Source: Octopus sinensis (Eukaryota). From it: a DNA stretch of 64,000 nt. The position numbers and the translations under genes are program-made. Numbering within the stretch: the first letter of the stretch is position 1; the number at the start of each line of letters is the position of its first letter. Below, piece by piece: positions 26,267 to 39,885 of this stretch. The notes below the pieces were generated by a model, which saw only the letters and a program-made list of their open reading frames with translations, was not told the DNA's origin and did no database searches. The stretch lies in the NCBI RefSeq assembly GCF_006345805.1, contig NC_042997.1:123876001-123940000 (forward strand), read 5' to 3'.

Positions 26267-26783
26267 TGTGTGTGTGTGTGGTAATTTCGAAGAAGATTTT
26301 CCTTAAGAAATACTTTGAATCTCTCTTCAGAAAGATACACGTATTCAGATAAACCTTATCTGAATACAAGCTGATGATGTCTTCAGTAGAAGGATAACAC
26401 ACCTTCATGAAATATTTTATTGCATCAAGTGTTTACGAATTTAATATAACAACGAAGAAAACTTTTAATGAACACTTACATATGAATATGTCCGTATCTC
26501 TTAATTCACGATTTCAGACGATTAAGTTCCTCCACCATATTAAGTTTCTACTACACAATTCATAGAAATGTTTATAATTGCTATTTTATGTTCCAATATA
26601 TGGATTATTTTGTTTCAGTACTTACAGACTTTCTTAATATTTTAATACATCTGATATTCTCTTCATATTTTTGCTCGTATAAAATCCTCGAACACTATTA
26701 ATAAAACTTTTCTGTTCAATCTCCAATATGCATCAAATATTGTTAAATGCATCCCATTTGTTAAAAACACACCATATATATAT

Positions 26784-27044
26784 ACCGGAGTAAACACATA
26801 AATGTGAAACAAGGTGGAAAAAAGAATACTCAAATACCAGTGGTAGAGTAATATGCTTTATTTAAAGCAGCAGAAAATTCAACAAAACCTGTTACTCTGA
26901 GTTTCCCGTTGCCCTTCATCGGACAGTTTTTGCTAGAATTTTTTTCTAGTAAAAACAGTTTTTTCTAGCAAAAACTGTCCGATGAACGGCAACGGGAAAC
27001 TCAGAGTAACAGGTTTTGTTGAATTTTCTGCTGCTTTAAATAAA

Positions 27045-27045
<1 letters not shown>
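26784..27045. mobile_element. PLE-type terminal repeat: 83-bp inverted arms, each with an HHR-like motif, plus one-sided tail
   Basis: Arms 26856-26938 / 26963-27045 (1 mismatch, 24-nt spacer); tail 26784-26855. Confidence 0.75.
26971..27019 (+). ncRNA. Variant minimal hammerhead motif (U4C), mirrored on the minus strand at ~26882-26930
   Basis: AAAACTGT-CCGATGA-ACG.GCAA.CGG-GAAA-CTCAGAG-TA-ACAG(G)TTTT. Stem II is imperfect and stem III has a 1-nt loop, so it would need to dimerise. Confidence 0.45.
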
Positions 27046-27096
<51 letters not shown>

Positions 27097-27201
27097 ATCT
27101 TTTTGTAAAAGTTCCTACCGATAATGGTACTCTTTCCATACCGAAACTACTTGGTAGTAATTGTTAATTTCAAAATTAATAATTATTTACCCTTATATTA
27201 G

Positions 27202-27254
<53 letters not shown>

Positions 27255-28009
27255 TATATATAATATATATATATATATTATATATATATATATATGAATG
27301 GAAAGTATTGGGTCGACAGAACGATATGTAAATAGTAAAAGTGAAACAATTTGTTAGCCTAGTTCTTATTTAATCGATTTATTTTGCTGAACCGCTACGC
27401 TACGGAGACGTAAGCGTACAAGCATCGGTTGTCAAACGATGCTGGGGTTGGTACAAACACAGCGCACAAACACACAGAGAAAGAAACACACACATACCTA
27501 TTTACAAACGCCAGAACGGAAGCGAGCAAGTCAAATGAAAAGATACAAAAATACAGATTAATAATAGACTAGTCTTTGCTATTAACATTTACGCAAATTA
27601 AGTAAATGTCCGTAGCTCTTCAGTATGATCGTTATTGTAAATATAAATGAAGAACTATACACGGAATATCCGCATGAGATTGAACATTTATACAATTCTA
27701 CCAATTACACTTAGGGTTACCTTTCAAAGGTCTCCGTATTGTAGCTACGGACACACAATCCTTTACAAGATATGGCCCCCAAAAACGTCATATATTACTT
27801 AGAAGTTTAGTATATTCTTAGCTACATTGATGGTAACATGGACTCTTTCTGTTTTCTTGCTCTATTAGAGCATTTGAATAAAATTGTATTAACGTGCCCA
27901 ACTGATTAAAAATTATATTTATTTATGCAGCTGAGGATAGATTTGCATTTATTGTGATGTAATGAATGCATTGTTAAATTAAATGGAGCCGCTTGAAACG
28001 GTCGTACTG

Positions 28010-28130
28010 CATCACCACTTGATATTCTGGTGGTTATTTTGATTTAATCACCTGACTTTTAGTTGCACGGATAATACCGCACTGATTTGGTGCTTCAACT
28101 TAAGTACCTAATTCATCTGAATCTCAATTA
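28010..28130 (+). repeat. Dispersed ~120-bp repeat, second copy at ~33368-33492
   Basis: Shared TATTTTGATTT(T)AATCACCT...GGATAATACCG...TGGTGC(T/C)TCAACTTAAGTACC..ATTCATCTGAATCT. Confidence 0.7.
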
Positions 28131-28151
28131 TGCATACACACACACACACAC

Positions 28152-28205
<54 letters not shown>

Positions 28206-29068
28206 GTATGCATGTATGTATGTATGTATGTATGTAAGTATGTATGTATGTATGTATGTATGTATGTATGTATGTATATGAGTATTCCTGATCGTGTGTG
28301 TGTATGTATACATAGACTGTGGTTGACAATTGAAATAAGAATATAAAATATTGAAGATGAATAAGGAAAATTTTAAATTATAAAGTATAATTTCGATATT
28401 ATTGTTCGTGTTATTTATTGTTCAAGGTAGAAGTGAATCTGATGGATCGAATTACATGAAACGTAAGTTAGTGCAGCAGAAATAAATCCATATATTGAGA
28501 CATGGAATTTCAATTATAAAACTTCACGTGTATTTTGTAGAAAAGTAATAGAATAATAGATACAGAAAATGAAATAAATATTAAAATACCTTGAGATGTT
28601 ATATGTGTATGAACAATATTTTCGCTTTTTTTGTTTGCTTCTGAATCGGTTAAATCTGAAGATGCGTTAGATTGTTCAGCAGAGATGAATATTTCATTTC
28701 CAGTGAGGAAGATCTCAAATCCCTTCTGTTCAGAAATGGATGAAAGGGACTTTAGTATACAAAATTGTGGCTTTAAATGCATTGTCCTACATGTAAAAAT
28801 TACTCGCTATTTCCATATTGTGATGTCATCTAAGACACAGAAGCAAACTTATAATATGCGATACTTAATATAAGTTTATGCTTTCATACTTTACGAAACT
28901 CATTGGCCGCTAATAATATTTGATTGTATAGTGGCCCACAAACAGTGGCTCCCAAACTGGGTGATACTGCTTTCCTGGGGCTAGTGGAAAGATCCCGGGG
29001 AGGGATGCACATTGTGGCCATAATGTGATTGCCAAAATGAGGCGATGCATATATAAAGAACAATTAAA

Positions 29069-29549
29069 TAGCCGGCCGACAACACGTTTTTCTGCAAAAC
29101 AGGGGTACTTATTCTGTTCAGGCTATATTACTAGCATTATCCTGCGTTTGAGAACTTAAAATCACTTCTTTAACTTTCTAAGACATCTCAACGCTTCTAA
29201 AGCAAACTTCGTTTGTTTGTTTACGACCATCGTAATTTGAAATTAACGTATGATAGCGTCTCATAAAGCGAGATTTCAATATATCTTTAATTTGTGGTGT
29301 AGGTGGTTTAGCTTCATTGGTTCAGAGCACCCCAACGCATATTCACGGAGATGTGAGTTCATGTTTCGTAGCCGTCCGCCAACACTTTTTTTCTGTAAAA
29401 TAGGGGTAGCTTATCCTGTTCAGGCTATATTATTAGCATTATCCTGCGTTTGAGAATTTAAAATCACTTCTTTAACTTTCTAAGACATCTCAACGCTTCT
29501 AAACTAAACTTCGTTTGTTTGTTTACGTTCATCGTAATTTGAATTTAAC
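29069..29549. repeat. Direct duplication of ~180 bp, period ~300 (29069-29247 / 29369-29549), downstream of a hAT-like end CAGTGGCTCCCAAACT at ~28943
   Basis: Colinear near-identity, e.g. CTGTTCAGGCTATATTA.TAGCATTATCCTGCGTTTGAGAA.TTAAAATCACTTCTTTAACTTTCTAAGACATCTCAACGCTTCTAAA. Confidence 0.85.
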
Positions 29550-29559
29550 AATTAAATAA

Positions 29560-30030
29560 ATTTGTCTTCAACTTCATTAGGTTACTGATGTTTCTGATAA
29601 AACGTGCAATGCTCTCATAGTTTCCGACTCGTAAACCATCCTAAGGATGATCTCTATAACTTGAAGCCAGTTATAGAGATTATCTTAAACATCCATTGCA
29701 GATAGTTTTGCCATGAGCTTTTGTGGGGCACAAACAGACTGATGGAATCCACCCATCAGTAACTCCACCAACATCAGTAACTCTGGTGATATCCTCAAGG
29801 AACTCGATGAGTTGGCTACAGCAGCTGGAATTATAAATCCATATTGTGAAGATTGCATAAGGCTGTAAGAGCTCTAGAAGTTTCAGATTGTTACTCTGAC
29901 ACATGGCTCCGTTATTTTGGGGATGCAGCTAGTAACTGGACGGTAGTTGACAGCTGATGTGCGATCACCTTTTTTGAACAAGGGAACGACACTGGTAATT
30001 TTCCACTCGCTCTGGAGTGACACAGTTATT
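29560..30030 (-). mobile_element. Decayed CR1-like RT fragment
   Basis: WKITSVVPLFKKGDRTSAVNYRPVT and SQLIEFLEDITRVTD...VPH(K) in broken frames. Confidence 0.7.
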
Positions 30031-30959
30031 AAGGCAGAATTGAAAGAAGAATGAAAGCCTGTACAAAAGAAAGAACCCGCCATGTAAGAAGCAATTATGT
30101 AACACCATCAAGACCAGGAGAGACATAGCTGCGCTTACTTTTGGGGTTGCGTCGAAGCATTGTGGTTGCGAATTTGATTACATCGACTTCAGGGTTCAAC
30201 TACTGCTTATTTTATCGACCATGGAATGATGAAAGGAAAAGTTGATCTCCGTAAAATTTGAACTCAGAACTTCATGAAACCTTTCATTTATTTCACTTTG
30301 TTAAAACATGGATCTTCATTAATAATTCTCTATTCAAATTCTCTCTGTTTATGTGTATGTATGTATGTGTTTATGTGTATGTAATTAAAATTATAGATTT
30401 TTATTAGTCTTTTAAAACATATTCCATGAGTTTCTGTTGCAGGGTAAGTATTAGATCATTGAAACTAATGATAGTGAAACAGTTCTTGTGTAAACAAGGT
30501 ACGCAGTGATTTATAGAAATGTACCGTAAGCTCTTCAACTTCAAAACGTTTAAAACAAAAGCCCATTGTTTCTGTTTGCTGTCAATATAATCTTCCGAAC
30601 TTACAAGAACACGGCAACAAAACATGATAACCCTAAACGGCGTACAACTTCCGATCCTCTTCCTTTTTCTTTGGAATCTGTTTACTTTTAGGACTTCGAA
30701 TTAATCGATTATTGCTATAACATTGCAAAGATGAGATGAAATACTATTAAGCATTAGCACACCATTCTATTATTTCAGCTTTGATTCTACCACTGGCCCT
30801 AAGTTTATGTACACACACGCACGTACTTACAGATTACCTCCACAAATAAGTAGACAGCGTGTAAATAAGACACGCAAATATAAAATGAATATTTATAAAT
30901 TATAAGAGAACAATAACACGTGAAAATTATCATTTGTCTTTCTATCATATATATATATG

Positions 30960-31022
<63 letters not shown>

Positions 31023-32121
31023 GAGGGAATATTATTCCAAACTTACTGGGAAAAATTCTACCAAATATATACCTTTTATTTATTATTTTGCACATTATTT
31101 AATCATTGTTATTTGTTTTATCTTATATTTAATTTTTCTTTAATATGTGATTTTTTTCTAAATGAAATAATTTAATGTTTCAAAATTGAATTGATAAAAG
31201 GTGTTTTTTTCAAATTTATATATATATATATATATATATATATCTGTATGTATGTATGTATGTATGTATGTATGTATGTATGTATGTATGTATGTATGCA
31301 TGTGTGTGTATATGTGTGTGCATACTCGTATATGTGTATCAGAGAGTGTATAGGAGTGTTTGCGCGTGTATGTGTGAGTGTGTGTGTATGCGCGTGCGTG
31401 CATATATATACTGCAGGCCTCGCTTTGAAAACTAAACCTGAGTCTGCATTTATGTGAACTATGGAGCTAGAAGCTGCTGTATGCTTTCCTGCTTTCTAAG
31501 AGGAAAATTTAGGAGAAAATGACACATACACACATACATACATACATATATACATACATATATATACATGCATGCATACATACACATATGTGTGCGTGTG
31601 TGTTTGTGTGATTGTGTTTGGTTCATTGTGTATGTGTCTGTGTGTATGTGTGTGTGTGGAATTAATGAAAATTGGTGTGTCTGTCAATATGTATTACATG
31701 GATTACTATTGTTTCAACAACCTAAGGTGACCAATCACACACCATGTCTATAGGCATTAACTTTATCGACCACTTACTCAAGTATAGTGTGCCATTGTAT
31801 ATATGACATAAACGAATTGTCACTTGCATCTTCAAAACCAATTGTACTAAGGAATAATGTTAGTTAATTCCAATTGTAAAATAACACTTTTCAATAAATA
31901 CAAACTATTGATCATTTTGTTTTAGCTGCTGTCAAGAGTAAGCGAAATAGATAAACCAGGTAATTCATGTGATATTAGGCAAAAAAAAAAAAGAAAATGT
32001 CACAACGTGTGTGCGCGTGCAATTTTGTGCGGGAATATTTGCGTGTTTTTGTATAAGAAAACGAAAACTTCGCAGGAACAGGTTTTAGAATACTTCGCAT
32101 TATCCCAAACAGGAAATAAAT

Positions 32122-32152
<31 letters not shown>

Positions 32153-32247
32153 GATATATATATATATAATATATATGTATATATATATGTATATATATGT
32201 ATATGTAAATATATGTATATATATGTATATATGTATATATATATCTA

Positions 32248-32704
32248 TATGAATTAAATTAGACATAAAACCACTATTAGGCAAATCGAAATATATAAAA
32301 TTTAGAATTTAAAATTAAATTACTTATTATATCATATTAAACTTTTTAATACCTTTTTGATACATATATAAAAAAAATGAATAATCAAATAAATATAAAT
32401 ATTAAAAATTTTAAAGTTCAAAATTTTATAAATTTAAAATTTAAAAAATATAAAAAAATATAAAATTTATAAAATATAAATTTTAAAAAGTTTAAATTTA
32501 AATAATTTAATTTTAAATTTTATATTTTATATATTTTGTATATTATATTAATTATATTTATTTTTATGTTTGTTTTATGTTTTTCACTGTTTGATTTGCC
32601 TAATAGTGGTTTTATCTCTAATTTAATTTATATTTATAGTGTGAAATTTGAATTTATCCTAAATCTAATTTTTCCCTGTAAGTTTGGATTTACTCCCTAA
32701 TATT
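32248..32704. mobile_element. Relative of the 9415 family: 40-bp inverted arms, AT-only core, same tail
   Basis: Arms 32248-32287 / 32593-32632 (AAAACCACTATT shared with 9415). Tail ATTTATCCTAAATCTAATTTTTCCCTGTAAGTTTGGATTTACTCCCTAATATT matches ~9763-9816. Confidence 0.7.
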
Positions 32705-32911
32705 ATATATATATACATATATATTTATATATATATATAATTGCCTGTATATTTTGTATATATGTATACATAAATTGGTATATATATATATTGGAAGGTT
32801 TGAAGATGATGTACAGGTATTATATATTAGAAGAAATGAGGTAATCAGAAGATCGGATGGTTTATATTTACAGATATTTATTTAAATATTACATTTTTAT
32901 ATATATATATC

Positions 32912-32944
<33 letters not shown>

Positions 32945-35900
32945 GGTGTGTCCATGTATGTGAATGTGCATGTTTATTTTTTGTGAGTTTGCAGTTATGT
33001 AAACACTCTCTTTTATTCAGGCGTACGTATGCTGCGAAAAATACAATAAAACTTCCATATCTGTTTTATTGGCTGTCATGGCATGTTTGTATATCTGCCC
33101 AAGATAGTCTTGAGAAAAACGCTGCAAATACAATAAGTGAATGAAGAAATGGAGACAAGATCAACCGTTGTTGATTTAACCCTTTTAAAAATATAATTTG
33201 AATATAATGCACGAAATACCAACATAAAACTTCCCCATAGGCGCAACTCATACACACGCAATACATATACACACACCACATACATACACAAATACACACA
33301 AACACACACATATATATATATATATAATATACATTTATATATATCAAAATAAGCAACAAGGATATCTGCATTTCCTCTGGATATCCTTGTTGCGTATTTT
33401 GATTTTAATCACCTTATTTTGAAATTGTATGGATAATACCGTATTAAATTCTGGTGCCTCAACTTAAGTACCATATTCATCTGAATCTAAATCTTTACAT
33501 TGATATATATATATATATATATATATATATTCCTATACATTATATATATGTAGAGATATAGATATATATCATATACATATGTGTGTGTGTGTGTTTGTGT
33601 GCGTACGTCTCTTTTGCCGTTCTATCTAGAAACATTTTAAAAAATATAGTATTTGGGATGGGAACATTTGGACACCACCGATTTCGAAACAAAATATCAC
33701 ATGATACGTAACAAAAATATAACATTGAACTGCCATTCTTTCAGATAGATATTTCATCTAGATTTCTGACGTTCAATATTAAATCTGTGCTGCTAATAAC
33801 TCCATGAAAAAATGAGCCAACTTTGATGGAGACTCGTAGTAATTAAGTGTCATGTTTCCGCTGTGGTCATTACTAATTCTAATTTCGTACTCTGTCTTAT
33901 ATAGTTTAATAAATACTTTGTATGCGTTTTAAGCATTTTAATAACGCTGTTAAACATCAATCCTGTCACCATTATATATGAATACAATATAGCAACAATG
34001 TTCTTCAATTGTGCCGACTTAACTAATTAACTACAATATTAGTAATATCTAAAATATTACTGAAAAATAATGTATTCACGCATGAAGGTTATTCCATAGA
34101 GGCGTCTTTTAACAGTGTATTAAAATGAATCGCCGAAGCATATTATTTTTTCATTATGGAAATTTATCGGTCGCGTGTATGAGTATATTTTTTTAATAAA
34201 TTAATCAGGGACAATTAAATAATGTCTAACTATTAGAGGTCATCAACCGATGAAGAAAATTACCAAATGCAAGATTTTAAGTTAAGTGATCAAGTCTTTC
34301 TAGACAACACCCTACAAACTTAGCTACTTTGTAAAATTGTGATGAGTTTTGGATTCTGGAACGTATAATAATTGATAAGAATGAGATTTTATAAATAATT
34401 TTCATTAAATGTTGTAAAAAACGGAAATCAAAAAGCAGAAAAATACAAGATGAATTCAAACATAAACGTTTATGACAGACAGGTATTTGTTTTGTTAACC
34501 GAAACTGTTAATATGCCACAAATTGTTATTGAAAAATTACTTGATTCACTAAAAAGTTATCAAATCAGAAAGCAAGACATTGTAATGAAGTTCCTTTCTA
34601 TGATGCTGACACAAAGATACCACATAAGTCATTCATTTTATAAGAAAATCAGTATCCGTTTGGTTTTACATTAAATTTAGCGTGTCTCAAAAGTCAATAT
34701 TTTAGTTCATCTAATTGCGTGTATATGTCGATAACAATGCAGTCAGAAATGCAATATTTTAAAAGGGCCGTAGATTCATACACGTCCATGGCCTCTCTAC
34801 ATCTTATGTCAACACAGACTCCTGTGCAAATATCTGATATTGGAACAATATTTCAGAGGCGGTTGCATACACTGTGACGGGACTCGAGATATAGCTTCTA
34901 ATGCATGTATTACACACAAGCCTTCTCAATCTGGCAAAGCATAAATAAGAAAATAAATACAAAATATAATAACATTCTTTTACAGATAAATTAAGTGATA
35001 TCTATGCTACTCCAATGAACTGTTAAAACTTTCTCCTTGAAATTGCATCGTCATTGTCATTGGAAGAAATGAACAAATTTATAAATATTTCCTCTCCATA
35101 AGTGTGTGTATGTGTGTATATGTGTATGTGTGTATGTGTGTATGTTTGTGTGTACTTTCGATGAGGCAACATGTTCTGTTAACAATTTATACTGTAACCC
35201 CATTTCTCGTAAATCGTAGGATTTGTCCCACATTATTCCATCGTCATATCATTCACGTTTATACCTGTCATTGCTATTTCTCACAAGAAAATCAGGTGTC
35301 TTGGGATTTTTGTCATCGTAAGCCCTTAAAGCAGAAGTAATATTAAGGGGGATATTTGTCGGGTATCTCAACTGCATCTCTATCTTGAAAAGGCCTATAA
35401 AGCCAAGTATCAGTTAATTATATCGAACTCAGGATTGAATAGTAATTTATGTTATCGATCCTGAAGTGATGAAAGGCATATTTGAACTCAGAAGGATTTA
35501 CAATTAGAATATAAAAGGCTTTACTATATACCACAAGACATTTTGTTCAACTTTATACTAAGTCTTTAAATTAACAATAGGATTATTGAATGAACATAGA
35601 AAACTATTGTATTATAACCAGAATACATCTTTAATATATGCAAATGATTTCTTTCATATCTTACAGAGGTTTGTATTTGCTTCATATTCAGTAACATTTA
35701 TGGCCATACCACACATTATAGTGAATGAATTAGAATTCCAATCTTCGCATTACTGTATTCAATGCGAAAACTTTAACATCTGCATCTTCATCTACATCAA
35801 ACGCTTTTAATACATTATTCGATTGTCGTTATAATCAGACAAAGTTTCTAAAGATTTCTCGAAAGAAATTATCAGTGATATTGTTGAGGATTTACAATAA

Positions 35901-36627
35901 ATTATATTTGATGAAATAAATGATATTAAATCGTATCACGATTATTGATTTCATTTAAATTTTGTTTGTATCATTATTATTGCACAGCAGAATGGGAGAG
36001 CTGATAGCATAACAATAGGCTGTCGGTATAAAACATTTTATCGCCGTTACCAAACCCCCTTTATATTCTATGCTGAAATAGCGTTGAGTACGTGTTTACC
36101 TGTCAATTTTCACGCCTACTACGCCTGCAAATGTGTTAGTTTTTTAAACCACCTCAGCGAGATATATATGGAATATTCGGCAGCGATATTGCTTTCAGTT
36201 GCCTAATTATTGAGAGATATTCTAATAAAATCTATTTACGAATTGCCGACCTAACACCTGATTAATTCCAATTCACGTCTACTTTGATGATGTCTAACAA
36301 TAAATAAATATGTCTAAGGTTGCTTTACCGAGTGTATAATCTACTTCAAATCTGGGGTTATCTTACATGTCTCTTTTGAGAATTGACTCTGAAGCAACAG
36401 CGACTTCATCATATTACATGTAAAATTTCAGCTCAAAATTATACACACAATCTGATAAAAGTTATTCACTACATAAGTACATTGTCTTCCATTTTACACA
36501 AACACAGACACACACACACACACATACACACACATGCACATACACATATATATCTATATATATACAATTACACACATAAACATACACACGAACACAAATA
36601 TATGTATATATACTTTTATTCTTTTTC

Positions 36628-36790
36628 TTTTACATGTTTCAGTTATTTGACTGTAGCCATGCTGGAACACCTCCTTTGGTCGAACAAATGGACTCCAGTA
36701 CTTACTCTTTGCACTGCCGAACCGCTGTTGCGGAGACGTAAACACGCCAACATCGGTTGTCAAGCGATGGTGGATGAACAAACACAGACA
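36628..36790 (-). mobile_element. 3' half of a CORE-like SINE split by a Helitron
   Basis: CATCGCTTGACAACCGATGTTGGCGTGTTTACGTCTCCG...GGTTCGGCAG...CCAGCATGGCTACAGTCAAATAACTGAAAC on the minus strand. Confidence 0.75.
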
Positions 36791-36848
36791 CACACAAACA
36801 TAAATGCACACATACATACACACACACATACACACACACAAACATATA

Positions 36849-38496
36849 TCTCTTATTATAAAAGGCAGATTTTATCTGCCTCCCTTTGTAACTTATAGAA
36901 ATCTACAATATAGGATTTCTTCAATTACAATTTACCTAGCATTTTTAAGAGTAGAATGCATCGGGTCATGCCAGGTCCAGTTTTTAAAATTTAAACTCCA
37001 ATTAAGCAAAATTTACAGAAAACTCACATTCTGGTGTGTATATCAAATGCTTTTCTTAATGTGGTTTACACCACACGCACACACACAGTGTGCAACGAAT
37101 AAAATGAAAGTAAATAGCGACAGAGTGATTTGAGGAAGACTAAACTGAAAGTATTTAAACCACTACTCAAAAAATAAAAAAAACACAGCAAACAGAAACA
37201 AATAAATACATAACGATTTACTCCTCACACAATTTCTTCAATTAGAGTTAACCTAAGATTTTTCAAAGTATTCCATTCGGTCATGCCATAATATATTTCT
37301 TTCAATTTCACCCCCAATTAAGACAAAATTCGAGAAAACTCAATATTTTAACATTTCACTCCGAAAGCATTGATGTACATGTGTGCGTGCGTGAGTGTGT
37401 GTGTGTGTGTGTGTGTGTGTTTGATGGGTTGTGCGACACAGAAAGTGTGGTGTGTAAGTGAAGTGCTTTTGTTAGTGTGTGTAAAGAGACAGAGAGAGTG
37501 AAAGACAGAAATAACTGAACTTTTTTTATTCACTTTTTGTAGTGAGTGACTGAGAGAGAAAAGAGAGAGAGAGGTTATGTATGTATATATGTATGTATGG
37601 CTTCAGTGACACACACAAAAACACATACCTACGTACACCTAAAGCACGCACACACACAAGCGGAGCGCGAACTTCAAAATTTTGGTAGTATTAATTTGCG
37701 AGCGTACTTCTAAGCGCCGTACTTGAAAGTTTTCACTATGATATCATCACGTGCGAAAAAATTCGAAGGGTTTTGAACAATTGAGATACAGATGTCACGC
37801 CTGTATTGAAACCATTGCTAAGCTGCCGTAATTGCTTAATTAAGACTTTGTTTAAATTGAAAGGGGCAAATATGTGACGAGGTTGAAAAGAAATACCCCA
37901 GAAAAAAAATGTACTGCTGGTATTTATATAATTCACTACTATTTTGCTACAATGTCATGAAAAAGAAAAAAATTAGGTATGTAAATCGAATTCGCCACCC
38001 CCTTTTTCCCGTTCGCGTTTGTGTAAAAAAAATTATTATTTAAGTTTTAAAAATTATTTATTTTGTTCAAAAAATATTAATATTAATTAATTTTCAAGAA
38101 TTATTTAATTTTATTCTGTAAAATAGTAATTAATTCTGTTATCTGTAAATCCGCGACGTTGTTACTCAGGCACCTAGAATGGTAACCTTCAACTAACACT
38201 ATCTCCTCCGAGACCCTGCGGCGCAAGTTGACCAAAATTGAGAGTATGGTAGAAGAAGAATTCCTCTTCCTTCCGCAGAACATAAAATTCAAATCGGACA
38301 ATGTTAACACCAAAAATTATTTACATCAAAAAGATGCTTTTTTCTATGAAAATCCCTATTTTTTACGATTTTTTCACTGCTGTGTCGCCACTTTCGTTGT
38401 ATTTCGACCAGAAAAATGTTCACAAAATTTTTACTTTGCAAAATTACAATTCCAGCGGGTCGAAACAAACCCGAGCAACGCCGGGCGATACTGCTA

Positions 38497-38497
<1 letters not shown>
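36849..38497 (+). mobile_element. Non-autonomous Helitron (1649 bp)
   Basis: A|TCTCTTATTATAAAAGGCAG...CCCGAGCAACGCCGGG-CGATACTG-CTAG|T; no coding capacity recognised. Confidence 0.8.
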
Positions 38498-38527
<30 letters not shown>

Positions 38528-38532
<5 letters not shown>

Positions 38533-38684
38533 GAGAGGATTCTTTCAGTTTCCGTCAACCAAATTCACTCACACGGCTTTGGTCGGCCCGAGGCTGTAAT
38601 ATAAGAAATTATCCTAGTGGGCAGTGGAACGAAACCTTGAACCATGTAGTTTGGAAGCAAGCTTCCTACCACATAGTCATACCT
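38528..38684 (-). mobile_element. 5' half of the same CORE-like SINE
   Basis: Head TGTGGTAGGAAGCTTGCTTCC...CATGGTTC and body GCCTCGGGCCGACCAAAGCC.TGTGAG...GGAAACTGAAAGAA on the minus strand. Confidence 0.75.
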
Positions 38685-39599
38685 ATATATATGTATATAG
38701 GTGTGTTTGCATGTGTATGTGTGTGTGCGTATACGTGTGGGGTGAGGTTGAATGTGGTTGTGTGCGTGATTGCGAGTGTACATTTATACGCCAAGAATTT
38801 TTGTTGTAAATCATTTAACATATTGGTGTTTGCTTCTGTCATTGAAATACAATGAACAGATCACTTCGAGCCTTTCCCTGAACTCATTTTCCTTTAAACT
38901 AAGAAACTTACTAAGACCATAACCGATGTAAATGTATTTAAAGTTCTTTGACTGTCAGTGATAAGGTGGGACTCTTATTGAACTCATTGATGAAGCTCAT
39001 TGATACACACGTGTCTAACACTATCCTGTGCGAGCAATAACGATGTCCTTTTTCTTTAATGGCATGTCAGTTTTAGCTAAAATTCTAGTCCCTCCTTCTC
39101 AAGTGAAGCTTGTCATAATTGCCATTTGGCGATTATATTTCATCCTCTAAAAGCGGAAATGATTTTTAAATATGAAGAAAATTCATTGCAAGCTACTTAA
39201 TATAGTGGTGTTTCTCTCATGCACTCTGTTTATATATATATATATATATATATATGGGGTGGGGCAACAAAGCCAAGCCAAGATGTGTGGAATTATAAGA
39301 AGAAAGTTAGTCATACAACAGTTTCTGAGGTATTAGGGATATTCCTTTATATGAGATGATGTGATATGGTTAAATAGAAGTAAAATATAGAGTTCAGTAT
39401 AAGGAGTTATTTTGGAAAAGGATGGAAATAAGAAGAATAAAGGGAAAGAAGAGAATAAAAGTAACAATAAAAAATAAAGAAATAAAAATACAATAGTATG
39501 TTATAGGCGCAGATCCATTATCCAAGGAAAATGGTGTATGGAAGTGGTAGAAATGGTTCTTCACACACAGAAATGCACACACACACACTCACAGATGAA

Positions 39600-39624
39600 G
39601 ATAGATAGATAGATAGATAGATAC

Positions 39625-39676
<52 letters not shown>

Positions 39677-39808
39677 GTAGGTAGGTAGGTAGGTAGGTAG
39701 GTAGGTAGGTAGGTAGGTAGGTAGGTAGGTAGGTATGTGGATAGATAGCAAAATATATATATATATATAATATATATATATATATTATATATATATATAT
39801 ATAGATAA

Positions 39809-39881
<73 letters not shown>
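39600..39881. repeat. Compound (GATA)n/(GGTA)n/(TA)n/(GATA)n microsatellite
   Basis: Direct reading of the sequence. Confidence 0.97.

Positions 39882-39885
<4 letters not shown>

Noticed and set aside
26341-26367. 12-bp-arm hairpin next to CTGATGA/TCTTCAG motifs
   Set aside because: No GAAA or stem III in register; small hairpins are frequent here.
29650-29682. 12-bp-arm hairpin ATCTCTATAACT/AGTTATAGAGAT in the CR1 fragment
   Set aside because: Most simply a local template-switch mutation in a dead LINE.
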